Source: Nemertoderma westbladi
Lineage: Eukaryota > Animalia > Xenacoelomorpha
NCBI GenBank assembly: GCA_032718475.1
Contig: JAUCBJ010001095.1
Span: 1-64,000, forward strand
Direction of reading: 5' to 3'
Length of the DNA stretch: 64,000 bases
Positions 60,036-64,000 of the stretch are shown here, in pieces. Made by a program: the position numbers and the translations under genes. How positions within the stretch are numbered: the stretch's first letter is position 1; the number at the start of each line of letters is the position of its first letter. The notes beneath the pieces are model-generated. The model ran no database searches. It was not told where the DNA came from and worked only from the letters and a program-made list of their open reading frames with translations.

Positions 60036-62092
60036 CAACTACATATATCGAAACAAGCCCCTGTCTTGTATTTTAATAATAATATAATAATATACACTCC
60101 CCAACGGGGTAAATGAAATTCGGTAAAATCATAATATTATTTTATCAATAAAATAGATATAAAATAAAAATAAATCAATTTGTATTTTAATTATATCAGA
60201 AATCGTTGCCATGCATAATGTACTTACTATATTTGGGTCCCATGACCCACCCCATTGAACAGCTTTGCTTACATCTGATAGAGAGTAATCCCAAATTAAC
60301 TTCCCTCTACGAAAATTATTTTAATTAAATACATGCAACATAGCCGTCTACTCTACAGTCAACAGTAGTAGGCCTACACAATAACTAAAATGGCATTTCA
60401 TTGGATTCAGTGAGTGTGTGAGGGCTATTGGGAGAGCAATCAGCTTATGATGTAATACATTAGAATCCCACGGCTTTTATTTGCTTACTGTCTGAGTTGT
60501 AGAGTGAGGATAATACTTGGCACAGAAAGCATTTCCTTGTTAGGTGCCCATTCCTATATAATAGCATTACTAGGCTATCTCTATCCATTTTTCATGAGTG
60601 CCAGCTGGTGTTTTTATCATTGCGCCTATGGCGTTTTTTCGTTTATGTCTATTTTTCGAGCCCACGGCTCATGGACGAAATAGCGAAACATACCAGGGAC
60701 CTTAGAGTCGCGGTAACTAGCCGCTGTGAAAATTTCATCAAAATCGTTAGAGTAGTTTTGGCTGTAGATCAGTCAGCCAGCCAGTCTCGAGCAATTCTTA
60801 CAGTAATGAACCTCTCGGTTCCTAACTAGTGACGGGCCTAGCGGCCCGATAAGGAACCGACTTTTTATTTTAAATAAAAGAGACAACGAGAATTAGTATA
60901 GAACTAATAATTATCTAAAAATACAATCATATTTCATACAATAATTATTAATAAATTCGATCCATTATTAGTTGCTCAATTCTAGAACAAAATCGACCTG
61001 CAACTAGTGAAGACCTCGTTTTGGAATTTCGAAACCACGCTGGTGCGATGCGCGATATCGTGTTTAGTTAATAAATTGAAAACTCCATCAATTCATGTGC
61101 AATCAGTAATAAGAAATCGCGATAAATGTAATTAAATAAAAATTATTCTAGAAAAATTTTCCTCAAAAAGTATGAAATCTTGGCATTGGTGACGCGAAAC
61201 TAGGCTAGTGAGATTCAGGATATTGCGTTTAATATAAAAATCGAAAACGCTATCGAATTCCGTAAAGGCGTTAATAAAATACTGCAACTTTTTTGAAATT
61301 TGTAAAATTCTAGAACTAGAAAAAAATAATTTTTGAACGGCGCTGTTTGGGGTTTCGAAACATGGATAGGCTGAAAGAGGACATCGAATTAAGTTGAAAA
61401 ATGAAAACCCCATCGAATTTGGACAAAGCGTTCCGGAGTTATAGCGGATCGAAAAAAATTGACCCCCCCCAGTCGCCAAAAATTTACAGTAACTTAAAAT
61501 TTTGCAAAAAAAATTTTTTGCGTTATTTTTGATGGCGAATCTATTGGCAGTACTGGCTACGAAAAAATTTTTTTGAAATTTTTGGTCAGAAAAAAAAACA
61601 TGGAAAAAGTATATTCTTAAAAAGATTTGATGTCTTTGCCTATGGTCAGAGAATGATCCAACTCTGTAACTTGGCAATCGCTCAAATCCATTCAGCTGAA
61701 TGGCACAGTAGAGTAAACTAAAGTATATTCCCTATACAATGTTCTGAAGGGGGGACTGACAGAGAGTCCAACAATAAAACATTTTGCAATAATGTTGACA
61801 TTAATGTAGCCAACTCACTGTGTACTTACAAGTCATTCAGCTTACATTAGCAGAGGGAGATATTCCCATAGAGTGCGCATTGGGAAGAGTAATTCAGCTG
61901 AGGCAATAATAGATTTCAAACTAAACCAACCAGTTAATATTTGCTTTGACAGAGTGTCCTAGGGCCTAAACAAACAGTATGGGTGTACTAAGTACAATAA
62001 TCTTGGCAACCTCATCGATTTATACTAAGCCTTGTGTAGAAATCCATTACATAAGCCATTTTTCATCACGACACCAGCTGTTATTGGTGTTA

Positions 62093-63100
62093 TTAGCAAG
62101 TCGTTAGACTTGATTACTGTAAGAATTGTTAGACTGACTGGCTGACTGACTGGCTGACTGGCTGGACTGGCTGATCTACAGCCAAAACTGCTCTAACGAT
62201 TTTGATGAAATTTTCACAGCATCTAGATACCGCGATTCTAAGGTCCCTGGCATGATCGGCTACTCCGTCCATAGCCTCTGGGCTCGAAAAATAGAGATAA
62301 ACGAAAAAAACGCCATAGGCGCAATGGTAAAAAAATAACACCCATGACAGCTGGTGTCCTGATGAAAAATGGCTTATGTAATGCATTTCTACACAAGGCT
62401 TAGTATAAATCGATGAGGTTGCCAAGATTATTGTACTCAGTACACCCATACTGTTTGTTTAGGCCCTGCACTCTCTGTCAAAGCAAATATTAACTGGTTG
62501 ATTTAGTTTGAAATCTATTATCGCCTGGGCTGAATTACTCTTCCCAATGCATTCTATGGGAATATCTCACTCTGCTAATGTAAGCTGAATGACTGTTAGG
62601 CTGACTGGCATTCAAAATGTTTTATAGGTAATTGACATTTAGTGCAAGCTGATTGACTGTTAGTTACAGTAAACTATTGCACTGTATTTTATTTTTAAAT
62701 CTTTCGACCAACATTAATACTGTACGAGGCTATATGCTTATAAGGCAGAATGTTTACTCAGCCTCGTACTGATACCCTGTAAGGCTAACACAAGCTGAAT
62801 GACTGTTAGGTACACAGTGTGTTGGCTACATTAATGCCAACATTAATACTGTGGAGACTGTATATTTACTGTTGGCGCTTTAGGAAGGCAATATTCATAC
62901 TGTAGATCAGTTATTAGTTTTACTACTGTATTACACTCTCACTAGCTGAATGACTGTTAGGTACACAGTGTGTTGGCTACATTAATGCCAACATTAATAC
63001 TGTGGAGACTGTATGTTTACTGTTGGCTTTAGGAAGGCAATATTCATACTGTAGATCAGTTATTAGTTTTACTACTGTATTACTCTCTCACTAACTGTGT
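62093..63100 (+). mobile_element. Inverted family B unit inserted into an A unit; 3' end not seen
   Basis: TTAGCAAGTCGTTAGACTTG begins right after GGTGTTA (intact copies read GGTGTTA|TTTTACC). Internal tandem duplication of about 151 bp at 62793/62944. Confidence 0.85.
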
Positions 63101-64000
63101 GTTTGTAATATAAATTAGTGTAGCCAGCTGATAGCTCTTCTGTCGAAATCCAATGCAAATATTTATTACATAGGTCTGTAGGTTAATGAGTGTATCTGAA
63201 CTGAACTGATGAATGGCCCTAACTGAATTCATTAAGCCTCTACAGAAATTAGCCTCTACAGTACACTATCAGACTATGACAATCACAAAATACAGCTAGT
63301 ACAGTATTACAGTACATGATTACTGGATTATATTGATTCCACAGCCAGTTCAGCAGTTGTTAGAACATAAGTAGGCCTACCATACCACATACTGACTGAC
63401 ATACCAGTCTGCAGTCGGCTAGCAGCTTGGTCGGTACCGGTACAGCACAGCCAGACAGCAGCACAGATATCGCGCAGTCAGGAGTATATACAGCCTACTG
63501 CCCTGGCAGCTCTGTACACAGTATGCTAATTACAGTATGCTAGTATGCAGTACAGCATACGGCTGTACGGCCAGTAGGCCTACTGCAGTTGCAGTACTGC
63601 AGTACGGCTGTAGGCCTACAGTGTACAGCGCATACAAGCCTACGTCAGTCAGTCAGTACGTGTACGGTCCAGCGGTCGGTTCGCCAGATGCCAGAGCTGT
63701 AGACTGTAGACAGCAGATCCTGCCTTCCTCCATTAACTCAGACGGGACTGCCAGGCTGCCACTCCACTGCTCCAGGCTGCCGGGCGCCAATCTGCCAATG
63801 CCAGTTACCAGTAGGCCTACTGACTGACTGACTGCAGTAAATACACACAACAAAACAAAAAAACACAAACAGACAAAAATACACAAAAAAACACAATATG
63901 ACCCAAAAAAAGTAGGCCTAGGTACCCCTACCCAAAAAGACAAAAAAAATGTTTTTAATAAACAATGTATCTACAATAAGATTTAGGTTAATTGTAAGAA

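Larger units (their letters stand above)
37092..63100 (-). mobile_element. Head-to-tail array of 17 non-autonomous Helitron/Helentron-like units (1 C, 11 A, 5 B)
   Basis: Each unit on the minus strand reads 5'-TTAG subTIR plus short palindrome, (CTGA/CTGG)n microsatellite, shared core, 3' subTIR, GC hairpin, CTAG-3'. Plus-strand junctions TAA|CTAG at 38416, 39890, 40824, 43969, 45077, 47727, 49217, 50865, 53515, 55005, 56494, 57601, 59103 and 60826. No TSDs and no Rep/Hel ORF. Confidence 0.85.

Noticed and set aside
37092-62092. CRISPR-like or integron-cassette-like interpretation of the hairpin junction repeats
   Set aside because: The intervening sequences are homologous kb-scale units, not unique spacers or gene cassettes. 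The context is eukaryotic, with no cas or integrase gene.
38722-62449. Recurrent 60-203 aa ORFs in the array (MPSYRVGS..., MGVLSTII..., MCRNPLHK...)
   Set aside because: They recur only because the DNA is repeated. Frames open and close with homopolymer length changes, and there are no Rep (HUH) or helicase motifs.

Overview
AT-rich eukaryotic window, probably from an invertebrate animal (taxon not identifiable from sequence). The left 37 kb holds four apparently intron-free genes: mitochondrial EF-G2 (GFM2) and MRPS9 head-to-head, a 76-aa secreted peptide-precursor-like ORF, and a 1251-aa repeat-rich protein with three U1/matrin-type zinc fingers. These are interspersed with a very young intact CsRn1-like Ty3/Gypsy element, a frameshifted APE-RT LINE, CR1 and RTE fragments, and non-autonomous TIR transposons. 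The LINE is interrupted by a 415-bp TSD-flanked insert carrying a minimal hammerhead ribozyme of the Penelope-like type. The right 26 kb is a head-to-tail array of 17 non-autonomous rolling-circle (Helitron/Helentron-like) units. They fall into two main end families (A, B) plus one variant, and in every complete unit the two termini match while internal sequence is shuffled. The array also shows nested insertions at A|T sites, a 5788-bp higher-order duplication and an embedded pentamer satellite. All calls come from reading the sequence; no database searches were run.
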